Shown: positions 9,582 to 21,872, counted from the stretch's first letter. The stretch: DNA of 35,609 nt from Folioceros fuciformis (GCA_049999805.1 JBNGIO010006406.1:261045-296653), one strand, 5' to 3'. Notes: generated by a model not told the origin, from the sequence alone. Numbers and translations are program-made.

Positions 9582-11572
9582 ATGGCAGATCAGGACGGGG
9601 ACGGGGAGGTGGACCAGAAGCTGGCACATTTTCAGGATGTGACGGGTGTGGCCGACGCTGCTCTTTCGGTGCAGATTCTGGAGGCTCACCAGTGGGATTT
9701 GCATGCGGCTGTGTCCGCCATGGTTGACCATGTGCCGGGAGAGAGCAACCTGCCTCCCTCCACAGGGGCTGGGGACTGGGATGCCAACGATGTAGGTGCT
9801 GAGGGCCAGCCGGAGCGGGAAGGTCTTGGCGACCGGAACGATGCTACCCGATATGGAGCGCCGGCGGAGCCGTTACAGCGAGGGAACTCAACCCCCTCCC
9901 AATTGTCACCCGGCTTGCTGCAATACCCCAGATTTAATTCTGCGCACTATGAGGGACTGGCCGGCCAGTTTCAGGAAAGGTATGGCGTCCGGATCAATCA
10001 GATCATGCGGCAGCAGCCTCAGGGGGCCCCCGGCTTGGTGTGGAGGATTGTAACCCTACCCTTTTCGGTCATCAGGGGAAGCTATAATCTCGTGTCTGGG
10101 GCTGTCGGGCTTGGTTGGTGGGTGGCCGGCGGTGTGCTGTCTTACGGGCTCGGGGCTTTGGGCTTGCTGGGTAATGCTGGCCAGGAAAGGAGGGCTACCG
10201 GTAGGCTTCTTCCCGCCTCCACAGGCGCAACGGAAGCACAAAATTTCGTCAGAAACTTTGAGAGGGAGTATGGCGAGATACATCCCGTCTTCCAGACCAT
10301 GAGTTTTATGGAGGCCTTGAGAAGGGCTGGCGAAGAGTTCAAGTTTCTGTTTTTGTATCTGCATTCATCAGAGCACGCAAACACTCCCCAGTTTTGTTCC
10401 AGAACCTTGTGCTCTGAGGCTGTGGTCCAGTTTGTGAATGACAATTTTCTGGCTTGGGGGGGAGATGTGAGAACAAGCGAAGGGTTCCAGATGAGCAACA
10501 GCCTAAAGGCGTCAACCTTCCCCTTTTGTGCCATTGTGATGGGATCGTCAAATAATCGCATTGTTATGCTGCAGCAGGTGGGTATTTGGGCTTTCCTGAC
10601 CAGCTATCACACACATGAAAGGGAACTTACGCTTGTTGTATTTCTGTAAAAACCTACCTTCTGCTTTTCTCGCTTTACACTTCTCAAGTCGAGCTCCAAG
10701 CTGAACTGTTTGACTACTTTTGGTACAGATTGAGGGACCTAGGACACCGGATGAGCTGGTGGGGGTCTTGCGGAGGGTGGTGGAGGAGCAGGGTGCTGTC
10801 CTTGTCGCTGCAAGAGTGGAGGAAGAGGAAAGACGCCTGAACAGGCGGTTAAGGGAGGAACAAGATGCAGCTTATCAGGCCGCTCTCCAAGAGGATCAGG
10901 TAGGCCTGCCTATCTACATCGTTTGCTGATGCTCTTGTTAAGCTGCAGCGTAGCAGCTTTCATCATCGACATGAGCACCCGTATTGGGATAGGACAGTGG
11001 TATGCATGCTGACATGTGTGTACCTTGGGATGTCAGGAGCGAGAGCGGAGAAGGCAGGAAGAAGCAGATCTGGCTGCGAAAGCAGCTGCAGAGGAGGAGA
11101 GGAGGAGGAAGGAGGAAGAGGAAGCCGTAGCCAGGGCAGCAGCAGAGGCAGCTGAGAGAGAAGCTGCTCTGGAGAGACGGAGGAAGGAAAAAGCTGCAGC
11201 CTTAGGTGTTGAACCAGAGAAAGGTCCTGAGATCACACAGGTGCGGAAAGTGTTCAAAACCGTTTTGAGTTGCTGGCAGACAGTGCATGGAGAAAAACGT
11301 ATTTCTTGGTATTGAGCGTCGTGTGAAATGATGTGCAGGTGGTTGTTCGGTTGCCTAATGGCGAGCGAAAGGAAAGAAGATTTCATTATTCGACTGCCGT
11401 GCACTCGCTTTATGACTTTGTGGATTCATTAGGAAGCTTCAACGCCATCAAGTACAGCTTGGTCACAAATTTTCCTCGAACAGTATATGGGCCTGACATG
11501 CTGCAGGTCTCTCTCAAGGATGCTGCGCTCCATCCTCATGCCAACCTGTTTGTCCAAGTAGAAGACAACTAG
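9582..11572 (+). CDS. PUX10: Plant UBX domain-containing protein 10-like (UBA, hydrophobic hairpin, UAS, coiled coil, UBX), ~534 aa
   Basis: Exons 9582-10577, 10729-10899, 11037-11240, 11339-11572 join in frame through GT-AG introns. Motifs FQDVTG..HQWDL, KFLFLYLHS, LREEQDAAY, VRLPNGER..RRF, LVTNFPR. Confidence 0.9.
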
Positions 11573-11850
11573 GGTTCCGTTCTTTTGTTGTTCCGTCGTT
11601 TATAACTCTGTGATAAACGATAACGCTGCGGCTGCGATGAACGAGTTTCAAGGGGACTGTTCTTCTAGTTTGCCAACTGCCATCGTTTTGGCAGGTTCGA
11701 ATTATGAACTTTTGACTACCAGTCAGATGGGTACATAACTGAGAAATTTGTCGATGTGTCGCACACCTCGCGCGAACGGGCGGAATCTTCAGGAGAACCC
11801 GAACGAAAGGAGGCACCGTCCGCGACCTGGATTGAGAGGGAAACAAGAAG

Positions 11851-13533
11851 ATGGAAATGCCTCCTTGGGAACAGCATGCGGCTGTGATTAACATGCCCCG
11901 ATTCCTGTACCGTGTCACTACGTCATTGCACCAGGAGTCGATCACGGGCTTCCTGATCACCTGCCCCTTCAGTGAGTGCTCAACTGAGACTGCTTCCATC
12001 GACTTGGAAGCTCGTGTTTAAGCTGTGATGCTGGTGCCCGGCACCCCTAGTTGCAACTGGCCATGGACTCAATTGAAGTATCCGGCACTTTTTGCTAATT
12101 GCTGACTACATTGTCGGATATGTGTGGGCCGGTCCTGTGTTGACAACTCGAGCTGGGTGCCATGATGCTTTTCAGGACGGGAAAAGAGCGCAACCAAAGA
12201 AGCCATGAAACTTTTGCAGGAGGTACTACCAGCTCTTGGAGTCAGGGTTGTGTCTTTCTCCTCATTTCCCTTGAAAGCTCCTTGTCTTTTCCGGCTCTCA
12301 GGCTGTTTTCTTGTTTCCTGACTCTGTGGCCAGCTATGTTTTTACACTAAGACAGAATCAGGCAGTGGTGGAACTGGCCGAGCACTTGCTGAAATTGTTT
12401 CAGCGGAGGATGAGACTAGAACGATGTCTTATTCAGAGCTACCGGAGCCAAAGAGGTTGAGATCTATTTCTTGCCAAGATGCAGGGAGATGCAGTGGCTT
12501 AGGTGGTGGTGGGGACTGTAAAGATCCCGTGGTTTGTAGTGCGGATGCAACGTGCCCAGTAGCACGTGCTGCCAATGAGGTAGATGCAAATGAAGGCTCG
12601 TCACTATCGGGAGTCCCTGTTGAGGTTGAAGAAGCTGTGTCAGCCGAGTTGATTTTGGTAAAATTGGCAAAGAGTGGCATCCTTTTCGTTGCGGTACCAG
12701 CGATGTCATCAAGCTCTGTTATTTCCGTCGTGTCAAAGCTCTTTGGTGACATCCAAGCACGTGTCAGAACACGTCCACAGTAAGTTCTCTCGTGCATGAT
12801 TTTCTAGTTCTCAGTCTCTTCACTGGAGTTGTGGGACGTTCCATGCCTTCAGACTTGACTTGCTACATTGTTAATGAGTTGCTTACTGCAAGTTAGTATC
12901 GCACAGCAGGTGGTGTCATCGTATTCTTCCTGTTCAAGCTACATGTGTCTTGGATCATGATCCTTTGCAAGAACAGGTGTCTCGTCTGTTTGAGCTCTAT
13001 CTGAAGGAGCACCTCTCTCACCCACTGACTTCTGAAGAGCAGCACTTGAAGGTACCTGGACTGGTTTAACTTCATCTTTTGAACATCCTTCAGTCCGATC
13101 TTATGTACAGGGATATGTATTGTTCGCAGTATGCTGTGGCATTCAATAGTCGAGGGGAGCCGGACGTAAAAGATGGTGGAAAACCAATTTTCGGCAAAAG
13201 ACAGTGTATAGATGCAGTGGCCGAAGCAATTCAGCGAGTTCTTCCATCCATATCTGTCGACTTGGTTGCACCGCAAGTGAGGGCCTTGGTGTTTACAGCT
13301 TGTCCAAGAACGAATCTTGAGTGACTTGCATGATTTTTAGAGACGACGGAAAGTAACCAAATTTCGGGGCGTTTATGTCTGTGTAGGTCGTGGTTGTTGT
13401 TGAAGTGCTTCCATTGGCTGGGAGTAAACGTTCCCCGGTGTGCGCGGTTTCAGTTCTTCCGGGCCTCCTGTTAGATACGAAGCCCCGGATTTGTATCAAG
13501 CCTTTAATTAGCCCCAAAAGCAAGAGACGATAG
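11851..13533 (+). CDS. THUMP domain-containing protein (At1g09290-like), ~349 aa, 6 exons
   Basis: Exons 11851-11971, 12176-12222, 12334-12779, 12910-13051, 13130-13276, 13387-13533 total 1050 nt with consistent phases. Motifs PWEQHAAVINMPRF, GFLITC..REKSATKEA, LVKLAKSG, WCHRILPVQATC, YAVAFNSRG, VDLVAPQVVVVVEVLP, AVSVLP. Confidence 0.85.
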
Positions 13534-13870
13534 CAAGACGTCTGTGGCTGAGCATTGTCGATGCTTATGTTACAATATAGTCGCAGGGAATGTCCACCCT
13601 GCAGCCTCGCGCTTAGTCCTCCAGGTGGAAAGTGATCACCAGGAGGATTTTCCATTGTCGAACGTCGTCGCGAAGGTGGAAGGTCATTCATTGAACAGAC
13701 AGTAGATTTCCAAACACTCGTGCTACGAGGCAAAACAACATTCACAGTAGGTCTTGAGTATACGGTTAACATGTATGGAATCAAGGTCCATTACGCTCTT
13801 CATTATTGCAGTACTTGCATTGGCCTCCGCCAGTTAAGAAAAAGCCCATCACCTCATGCGCCAGAGAAGT

Positions 13871-15892
13871 TCAGGAGTCTGGTGGGTTGGGTAGTGGGCA
13901 ATACTCTGTTGTGTCAGTAGCCAACCCATACAGGGTATGGTAAACAGAACCAGTTCTGTGTATGACTACAAAATTCAATAAAGCTCCAATCAAGCACATT
14001 CCAGCCATCAGAATGAAGGTGGACCGGAAACAATGCGCACCGTAGCATGTTTCACCTTCTGTGGTTTCCCTGTCATATAAAAAGCCTGCCAAAAGTCCCG
14101 AGAAGAGGTAGGAGCCCAGAGGAACAGACATAGCTAGAAAATTGTAGTGCATGCCAACGTTTTGAAGTCCAAACAGCTCTGATGCTGTAGGCACAAGAAT
14201 CGAGATGTGTGCACCGTAGCTAACACCAAGGATGATTGACCCCAAGTACAGTGAGCCAGGAAATGCAGAAGCGAACAGCAGGTGACTGATCAGCATGAGA
14301 GCTTGAGCAACCAGTAGCCATTTGAGCCTATGAGTTCCTGAGTGCCTGTAACACGAATTGAACACTGTCACGTTATAAGTTAAGCTTTGTTGGTAGACTA
14401 GACTGTTTGGTAAGAAAAAGCATATCCAGTCCCAACCTGAGATAGTACTCTGAGAGAGCGCCGGCTCCTAATCGACCCAATGAGTTCCAGATGCTGACGA
14501 GAGAGATGAAGATGCCAGCACTAGGATACCCTTGTGCCTCCCCCATTTGACCAAGATTGTTGATGGCAGTAATAGCAGAGCCCAGACCAAAAACGAACAC
14601 CAGAAACAACAGCCAGTAGTCCATACACACAAAGGCCTGCATCAGAGTGAACTCATGTCCAATCTTTGGTCCCAGAGTGGTCCTCTCCTTTGATTGAACA
14701 CCACCAATCATACTCGTAGATTGTACAATACGGCCGATGCTTGGATTGTGGACACTGGATCTTTCCCCATCTGCGCTCATAAAGTCCTCAACAGTTTCAT
14801 CCACTTTAGGATGAAGAGTTTGTGTGTTATCCTGCTGTTCCCATCTGAGGTGCGGATGAGGGTCGGTCCTGCCACCACGACAGTAGTCTATGAACATCTT
14901 GCCGGGAATGACAAGTGGGAAGAGAAGAAGAGCGAGGACTGTTCCTGCAAAGAGCTTATGAGCAGCTGCAGTGATAGGCGCAAAGGCATCCTCGGCAACA
15001 ACCACCCCCATCAAGAATAGAGCTAATAACACAAAAATTGCCTGGATCACCACGAATCGCTTGTTTTCAGTCTGGCTTTCTCCCGCACCTCGTTGCCAAT
15101 AAGAAGGCCCTGCTAAGAGCAAATCAGGAGTTCCTCGTCAGGCAGTCTCAAGCCCTCAACGATGGACAACTGCTCGACAAGTGAAATGCCCAGATTGAGC
15201 ACCTGCAGTACCTTGCGGGGTTGTGATATGCAAGAATGGCATAGCGAGCAGGCAAACCACAGCAGGACCGACGGCTACAAGTAGCAGAAAGGATGCAGCA
15301 TCGTCTGTGAAAAGCACCGAGTAGAGCAGAGTGAAAATGGCACTGCTGAGGCCATAGCTGCCTTTCAGTACTCCAGCCACCATCCCCCTGTACGTGGGGA
15401 AGTTCTTCAGACAGGTGACTAAAGCTGCCGTATCCAACCATGTTGAGCTGTTAGCTCCGACACATATTGCAATGCACATCTGCCGACACCACGGCAGACA
15501 AGTTACTCACCACGCGTGCCTACTCACACCAGTGGAGGATCCGGCAACCTGCGATGGAATAGTACCTGCCAGAAGGGGATGGGCGCGATTCGCTCGCTGG
15601 CAACCAGCCACAACACGCCATAGCCTGCAAAACTGTGCAACGCGCCCATGACAAGAATCGCCCATGGGGGCCAGTTCCTAGACGCCCATCCAGAGGGCAG
15701 GCCAACATTGTCACCAATATCCTTGGCAAATCCCAGATTATTCAGCTCAGATTGCGTATACTGCAACACGGTCTTCAGCACCGGGGAGTAGAAGCCAAAG
15801 GTGTAGCCATTGCCTGCTGAGGCCTCAACCCAGGAGCCGGTGATCAATCCCACCCAAGCGATTGCGACCCTGGGTACCAAGTAACTAGCCAT
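13871..15892 (-). CDS. Nodulin-like major facilitator superfamily protein (NFD4-like), ~580 aa, 4 exons
   Basis: Exons 15892-15566, 15479-15212, 15109-14437, 14345-13871 join in frame. Motifs YSPVLK..LNNLGFAKDIGDNVG, NFPTYRG, INNLGQMGE, PTASELFGL, CYGAHCF. Confidence 0.9.
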
Positions 15893-16167
15893 GATTTCCT
15901 AGGCAGGGCGAAACTGGCTGTTACTGGGATCTCCACCTACATCAATCCCATCAAGGTCTTGGGCTTTCAGGGGAAGGAGACTCGTAAGAAAGAGAGTGCC
16001 CAAGGAGCCTGTGGGAACGACACGTCCTACGTGCCCCCCTAGCTTTCCCATGAGCGAGCAATTGGAATTGAGATCCTGCTCGGGCTCTAGTTCTGGTTCT
16101 GATGCAATTGGTCAGGCGCGTGGGCACACACGACTGTCTCATGGTTGTTGCACCCGGTAGTGTCCCC

Positions 16168-16625
16168 TAGGCTTGTCACAATGGAAGACGGGGACGGGCT
16201 GCGGGAAATGAAAGAAGATAGGAATTTGTGAGCTTCTCGTTGCCGAACGGGAGCAGGTGGAATGTGGACTCGACGACGCAGCTCACTATGTCTCGTGCAG
16301 CGCATAGCTCCCCTTTCCTCCTCTGCAGGAGGAGTCTGTCTTTCACCTTCCTTGTAGTGGCCCGTAGGCTTGCCACAATGGAAGACGGGGACGGCCTGCG
16401 GGAAATGAAAGAAGATTGGAATTTGTGAGCTTCTCGTTGCCGAACGGGAGCAGGTTGAATGCGGACTCGACGACGCAGCTCACTATNNNNNNNNNNNNNN
16501 NNNNNNNNNNNNNNNNNNNNNNNNNNNNNNNNNNNNNNNNNNNNNNNNNNNNNNNNNNNNNNNNNNNNNNNNNNNNNNNNNNNNNNCTGCAGGAGGAGTC
16601 TGACTTTCACCTTCCTTGTAGTGGC
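16168..16625 (+). repeat. 197-bp tandem duplication covering the first exon and intron of the glycosyltransferase; spans a 100-N gap
   Basis: Copies begin taggcttg(t/c)cacaatggaagacg at 16168 and 16365, with 6 substitutions in the comparable parts. Confidence 0.88.
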
Positions 16626-18831
16626 TGCGTTCATGTTTTACGTCTTGGTGCCTTACCAAACCAGATCGCAAGGAGGACGGAAGGTTCATCAGGAGCAATT
16701 TGGTGTTGCTGAGTGGGGAGAAGACAGTTTACCGACTTCAGAGAAAAGAGCAACAGAGTCAGCCACCTCCCATTGTGAGAGTTCATCGCGGAATTTGCCA
16801 TCTGAAATTCTGGGCGCAGTAACGGGTAGGAAATTGATGAACCCATGGGTTATGATGGAGGCGACGAGGGCGATGACAAGTTTGAAAATCCATCAACACT
16901 TGGTGCAGAGCATTGCAGTGCAACGACCAGATGAGAATGGCGCTTATGCTTCTGATCATGCTGAAGAGGCTCACGACGAGGAAGCAGTACCAATAGACGA
17001 TGATATCCTCCTATCGTCATATGGAAGTCACAGCTCGGAAATGAATCTGCTGAGCGAGCAGTTTCAGCTGGTGATAAACGTTCTCACGTACGACAGGCTG
17101 GAGTCCTTAGCTCGGTGTCTTGAATCTCTAGCCCATGCTGATTACGGAGGAGACACAGTGAAATTGCGCCTTTACATCGATCATTTCGGACTGCTCGTCC
17201 ACTCTGGGGATAAAGACGATGTTCTTGATATGCATCTCATGACTGGTCTGGCCATTTTGAGCTATGCTGACCAGTTTCAGTGGGTTCATGGTCCCAAAGA
17301 GGTGCACTTCAGGACAGACAATGTAGGTTTGCAGGGTCAGTGGCTCGAGGCATGGTGGCCTTCCACGGACCATGAGTTTGCACTCATGGTGGAGGATGAT
17401 ATGGAGCTTTCCCCATTGTTTTACCGCTATCTTCGTTCTGTGATTGCTACCTACTTCTACAACCCATTAAACTCTGATCCCTCCATCTTTGGTATTTCCC
17501 TTCAAAGACCAAGATTTGTGCCAGGGAGAGGAGGCCGACCCCTACACGTCGACAACTCGACCCGCCTCTTTCTGTACCAACTGGTTGGCACATGGGGCCA
17601 ACTTCTGTTCCCAAAGCCATGGAAAGAGTTTCGAATATGGTATGACATTCACAAAGCCAAAGGGATAAAACCCTTTCTGGAGGGGATGGTCACCAACCGC
17701 TGGTACAGAAAGCTTGGTGAAAGGATTTGGACTCCATGGTTCATCAAGTTTGTGCATGCTCGACATTATTACAACCTGTATACAAACTTCTTGGAGGACC
17801 GAGCGCTGATTGTCTCTCATAGGGATGCGGGTGTGAATTATAAGAGCAATATTGGACCTGACTCTCAACTTATCTGTGCCAATGGTACAACAGACATCGA
17901 TCTGTGGGAGATGGTCCCTCTGAAGTCGCTCCAGAGATATGACTTCTGCTTTCAACCGGTTGTACCAAAGACAGTAGTGCGCAACAGACCAGATAAGCTG
18001 CAACCGCTGCTTGCCGTCCTTCATGTGAAGAACGAGGTTGTGTTGGTGAGCACCCTGGGAGTGCCGAAGGCTATGGTACGAAACTGGCTGTGTCATTTTC
18101 AGAGGTTTGGCCTTCACAACTACCTGCTCCTTGGAGATGACATTTTGCTCCTGAAGGAACTGGGAAGGCGTGGTCATGCTGTCATGCAACCTATGCTTGA
18201 CAGGCAGGAGAAGAAGTTACAGCTGAAAGCTCAGGAGGATAGCATCGACATTACAGCCTTGCGGCGGGACATTTTGACAGTTTCATCTATCAAGTCTATC
18301 GTTGGGTTTGGATACAACGTGCTGTTCACCAAAGCTGATAATCTTTGGCTTAAGAATCCATTTAGGGAGAACAATCGCTGGGGTTATGCTGATCTCGTAG
18401 CTGTAGCAGATGGGACAGGGTGTAGCGCAGGTTTTATGTATTTCCAGAGCACTGAGAGGACCAATGGGTTTCTGGGCTGTGCAGCGGACAATCTTTGGTC
18501 TCAGGGAAGTATGGGAAGCATGGCGAAGGACAGTGATGACACCACAGCACAAGCATGGGCGAGCAAAGTTTGTAAGTGTGGAGTTCAAACGCATGCTGCT
18601 GTTCTGCGCCTTGACCCCATTGACTCCCCTTTTTTCTCCAAGTTAGAAGCAGGTGACGTTGGGTCTCCAGTGGGACCTACAAATGCTACTATGCTCTTCG
18701 CTGGTTGGAGGTACAAAACCAGAGACCTGGTGCACGCAATGCAAGGCCGAGGATTGTGGCTGGTGGACGATGACCTTGCCTGCACCAGAGTCACTTGCCT
18801 ACCTAAACAACAAGTTCAGGAGGGCAGTTGA
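16378..18831 (+). CDS. Type II membrane two-domain glycosyltransferase (At5g12260-like): GT2-like domain plus nucleotide-diphospho-sugar transferase-like domain
   Basis: Exon 16378-16424 splices in phase 2 to 16593-18831; an alternative start at 16181 runs through the duplicated unit. TM anchor, VLTYDRLESLARCL, GLQGQWLEAWWP, VEDD, YQLVGTWGQL, then NWLCHF and GYNVLFTKADNLWLKNPF. Confidence 0.85.
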
Positions 18832-19705
18832 AGAGAGCACAACATGGGCGTTGAAGATATACGGACCACCTGGGCGAAGGATGTGGCGGAAGAAAGTGCA
18901 AGCCGTAGGAGACTGGTGACATCTGCACATTCTTGCTTAAGAGAAAATGCTGAAGACATGACTGGAAGCAATTGTCCAGTCACAGCTCGACAATTCGCAA
19001 CAGGGAGTGTCCAGATGATCCTTTGCAAGGTGCAGGACTTCAATCTAGATTTGCCGAGCACAAAAACTGCGCGTGTCCTACTCTGGACGAGGTCACAAGT
19101 GCGTACTCAAATTTCTTCGTACTAATCTGGACAAGCTCACATGTGTGAACACAAACTTGTTTGTCCTAATTCTGAAATCAAAGTTCTGTCAGTGGCGGTG
19201 ATAACAATCAGCTCCCAAATTCGTGTTCCCACGAAGTACACCTCGCGCAGGAGCGACCAAGAAAAGCTGAAAACAATAATCAATCACTTCACATAAGGTT
19301 AATTTTCATCCATTAATCGATCCTATCTCATAGATTTAATTTTCATCAATTAGAGCAAGAGCTGGAAACAAAGCATCCCATCGCCCCACGAGAAGCCTCC
19401 TGGTGATGAACGCACGCAGAATCCCAAAAAATTAGTCATCACATAAGCAAATGTGCCGACAACATAGGTGCTCAATACGAGTCTGTACAATACCATATTT
19501 GTGAAGTCGTGTCTGTAATGCGATGACGAAGTATCCAGCTCCTTCTGCTACACCCGTTCCTTACCCCTACTACATGATTCTGCAGGAAAACCTCGCCAAG
19601 GAGGAATACAAGTACTTGACGGACCTTCCTAATCCTTGAACTCCCAGGCCACTAAGACGGTAGTTTATTTACAAGACTGTACAAGGTGACCACGGCGATG
19701 GCAGT

Positions 19706-20908
19706 TCAAGGATTGGTTTGAAATAGAGTAACAGTAGCTATGTGTCCGTTCTTCATCACTTCAAAAGCAATGTTCCTGTAACCATACACAAACGTCGGGC
19801 CAAACGGATTGCTTACCGAGCCCTGAGTTTGTATTGCTGCCCGACCTCCATCGCCAAGCAACTCTTGCACCGCATGCCACTTCGTATCCGCAGTTATTTG
19901 ACGACGAGTGACTTCCCCGTTGGCTATCTGGCCAGAATCATCTCCGTTCTCAGCTGCCAACGGTGGGCAGTGAATGAAAAAGTTGCACTTGATGTAGCAG
20001 TTGAAATCTGCATGGCCTGGAAAATTGGTGTGCAGAACAAACTTCTTGATCCTGTGGGTTTGTCCGTCAAACAGAATATCCACACCTCTTGCAAAGTAAT
20101 TGTAGAAGTAATCTCCGCAGAGAGCAGTCCTAGGGCGGGGATCAGAGGCAGAGTGAATCACCATAGGGTCAACTTGTTTCTGATGAATACCACAGGGCCT
20201 GCCAAGCTCCGCCCAGACGTCCTGCGGGGAAGACCCGAAAAACAGATGCTGGTCTCCTCCCGCAAAACGCAACTCCTTCCCCAGCTTCACATGCACCTCC
20301 TCCATGTACAGGCTACCTGGGGGCAACTGCGGAGGCATGGCCTTCTTCACGGAAGCGCCAAACTCAGGCCCTCCCCGCACGGCGCTGTCATAGATGCAAA
20401 CCCGCGACACGACGGGCGTGGTGCCATCCGGAAACTCCAAGGGCAGCTCAGCCTCCCTGTCCTGGCAGCACTTGGCGTGCTGTGCCGGTATGGGGAAGGC
20501 AAAAGACAGGCCCGGGTAGAAGAGAGTGTAGATCCGCCGCTGCACATCATAGCTGCCGGGAAAGGTAGGGCCGAAGAGGGCGTACACAGCCACAAAGGTG
20601 GCAGCCAGACTAGGTCCGCCGATGGAGGAAGTCGCATACCGGATCAGCAGGCGCTGCAAATCATACACCTCCACAAGCCGCAGTCGTTGGGAGTGAGGCT
20701 CAAACCGCAAGTGGAAACCATGAGCCGGGAAGCTTATCACCAAATCCACGTTCAAAGGCTCCCCATCGTTGTACTTGATGTGCATCACATCGAAAACGCT
20801 CCGATTCCTATGCTGCTCCGCATACGCCAGGGCCTCGCAGACTGGCATCCCCAGGTAAAAGGGGCCAAGGCCTGCCCCAGGCCGCAGATCCAGAGAGAGG
20901 GCGCCCAT
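19706..20908 (-). CDS. PHAF1: PHAF1 / UPF0183 family protein (At3g51130-like), 400 aa, intronless CDS
   Basis: LDLRPGAGLGPFYLGMP, RLRLVEVYD, FGPTFPG, YPGLSFAFPI, DYFYNYF, IKKFVLHTNFPGHADF, NPFGPTFVYGY..FEVMKNGHIATVTLF. ATG at 20908. Confidence 0.9.
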   Translation of the reverse strand: MGALSLDLRPGAGLGPFYLGMPVCEALAYAEQHRNRSVFDVMHIKYNDGEPLNVDLVISFPAHGFHLRFEPHSQRLRLVEVYDLQRLLIRYATSSIGGPSLAATFVAVYALFGPTFPGSYDVQRRIYTLFYPGLSFAFPIPAQHAKCCQDREAELPLEFPDGTTPVVSRVCIYDSAVRGGPEFGASVKKAMPPQLPPGSLYMEEVHVKLGKELRFAGGDQHLFFGSSPQDVWAELGRPCGIHQKQVDPMVIHSASDPRPRTALCGDYFYNYFARGVDILFDGQTHRIKKFVLHTNFPGHADFNCYIKCNFFIHCPPLAAENGDDSGQIANGEVTRRQITADTKWHAVQELLGDGGRAAIQTQGSVSNPFGPTFVYGYRNIAFEVMKNGHIATVTLFQTNP

Positions 20909-21872
20909 CCTCCTACCCCTATCAATGCGGTGTTGCCATTCACACACTGCCTGAAAAATACAACCCCTGATCCTGCATCCCTGAACCAGGTCTTTCGTAA
21001 TACTACTCAAGTCTCCCCTCCACCCCTCGCGCCCGACCCCCACGATCCTCTGACTATCACTTCACAATTGCCTCAAAACAAAGCGACTCCATCACCAATC
21101 ACCTCATGATACAGCACTAGGGAACCCAGACCTGCCACTTTCCAGGGACCATATATCAGCACGGGCTAACGCACTTAAAAGGAAGCTTGAGTGTCGCGCA
21201 TGTGAAATGAAAACCTAGGTCTTGCAACACCGTACCAGGAACATTCCTCCGTAATACTTAAAGCATATTTCTATTCTTTATCTCTCATAAAATTCAAATG
21301 TATATTAAAATAACCGAAACCACCCATAAAAGCCTGAGTCTGGCGATTGCAGTGTATGGCACGGCAGCCGCGGGCAATGATGCTGTGGGGATAAGACTAC
21401 GGTGCTCATTTATTGGAGGTTACTATATATAATATTTTAATATTCACCAACGCTTGTCTTCACTTATAGTCATGTCAATTTGAAATGCAAACTAATAGTA
21501 GAATTGCACCTTAACCCCTAGGTTCTCTAGGGTTCGTATTATTAATTAATTGAATAAAAATTCTATAATTATATTTTTTTAAATAATCAAGGATTATTTT
21601 TAAGTCCTTAAAAACATACTTTTTATTCAGATTTTTTTAATTTTAGCAAAATCATACTAACTTACCAAAATTTAGGATGTTGTTCTCTAAGTTTGTAAAG
21701 TATGAAGGTGTATTCATAGCTATTGTAAGTACATATTCATGAGCTAAATGAAAATAAAATAAAAAGTATTAAAGAGAAGTTTGAATCTTCAATGATGAAC
21801 TCTAGTTAGTGACTTTGTCATTGTTGTTATGAACATAAGTCTTCCCTAAGAAATAGGATTTTCTTTAAAAAG

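Noticed and set aside
12429..13276. Minus-strand ORFs suggesting a gene on that strand
   Set aside because: The plus-strand THUMP gene explains the region with conserved motifs and consistent splice phases.
19742..21109. 455-aa plus-strand ORF
   Set aside because: Antisense shadow of PHAF1 with no recognisable motifs and no ATG at its listed start.
19330..21420. Box C-like motifs in intergenic DNA either side of PHAF1 as possible snoRNAs
   Set aside because: No matching box D with a terminal stem; no tRNA or rRNA was recognised anywhere in the window.
21510..21535. Small hairpin with CTAG as a possible Helitron end
   Set aside because: The geometry does not fit hairpin-then-CTRR, and no 5' TC terminus or Rep/Hel sequence is seen.
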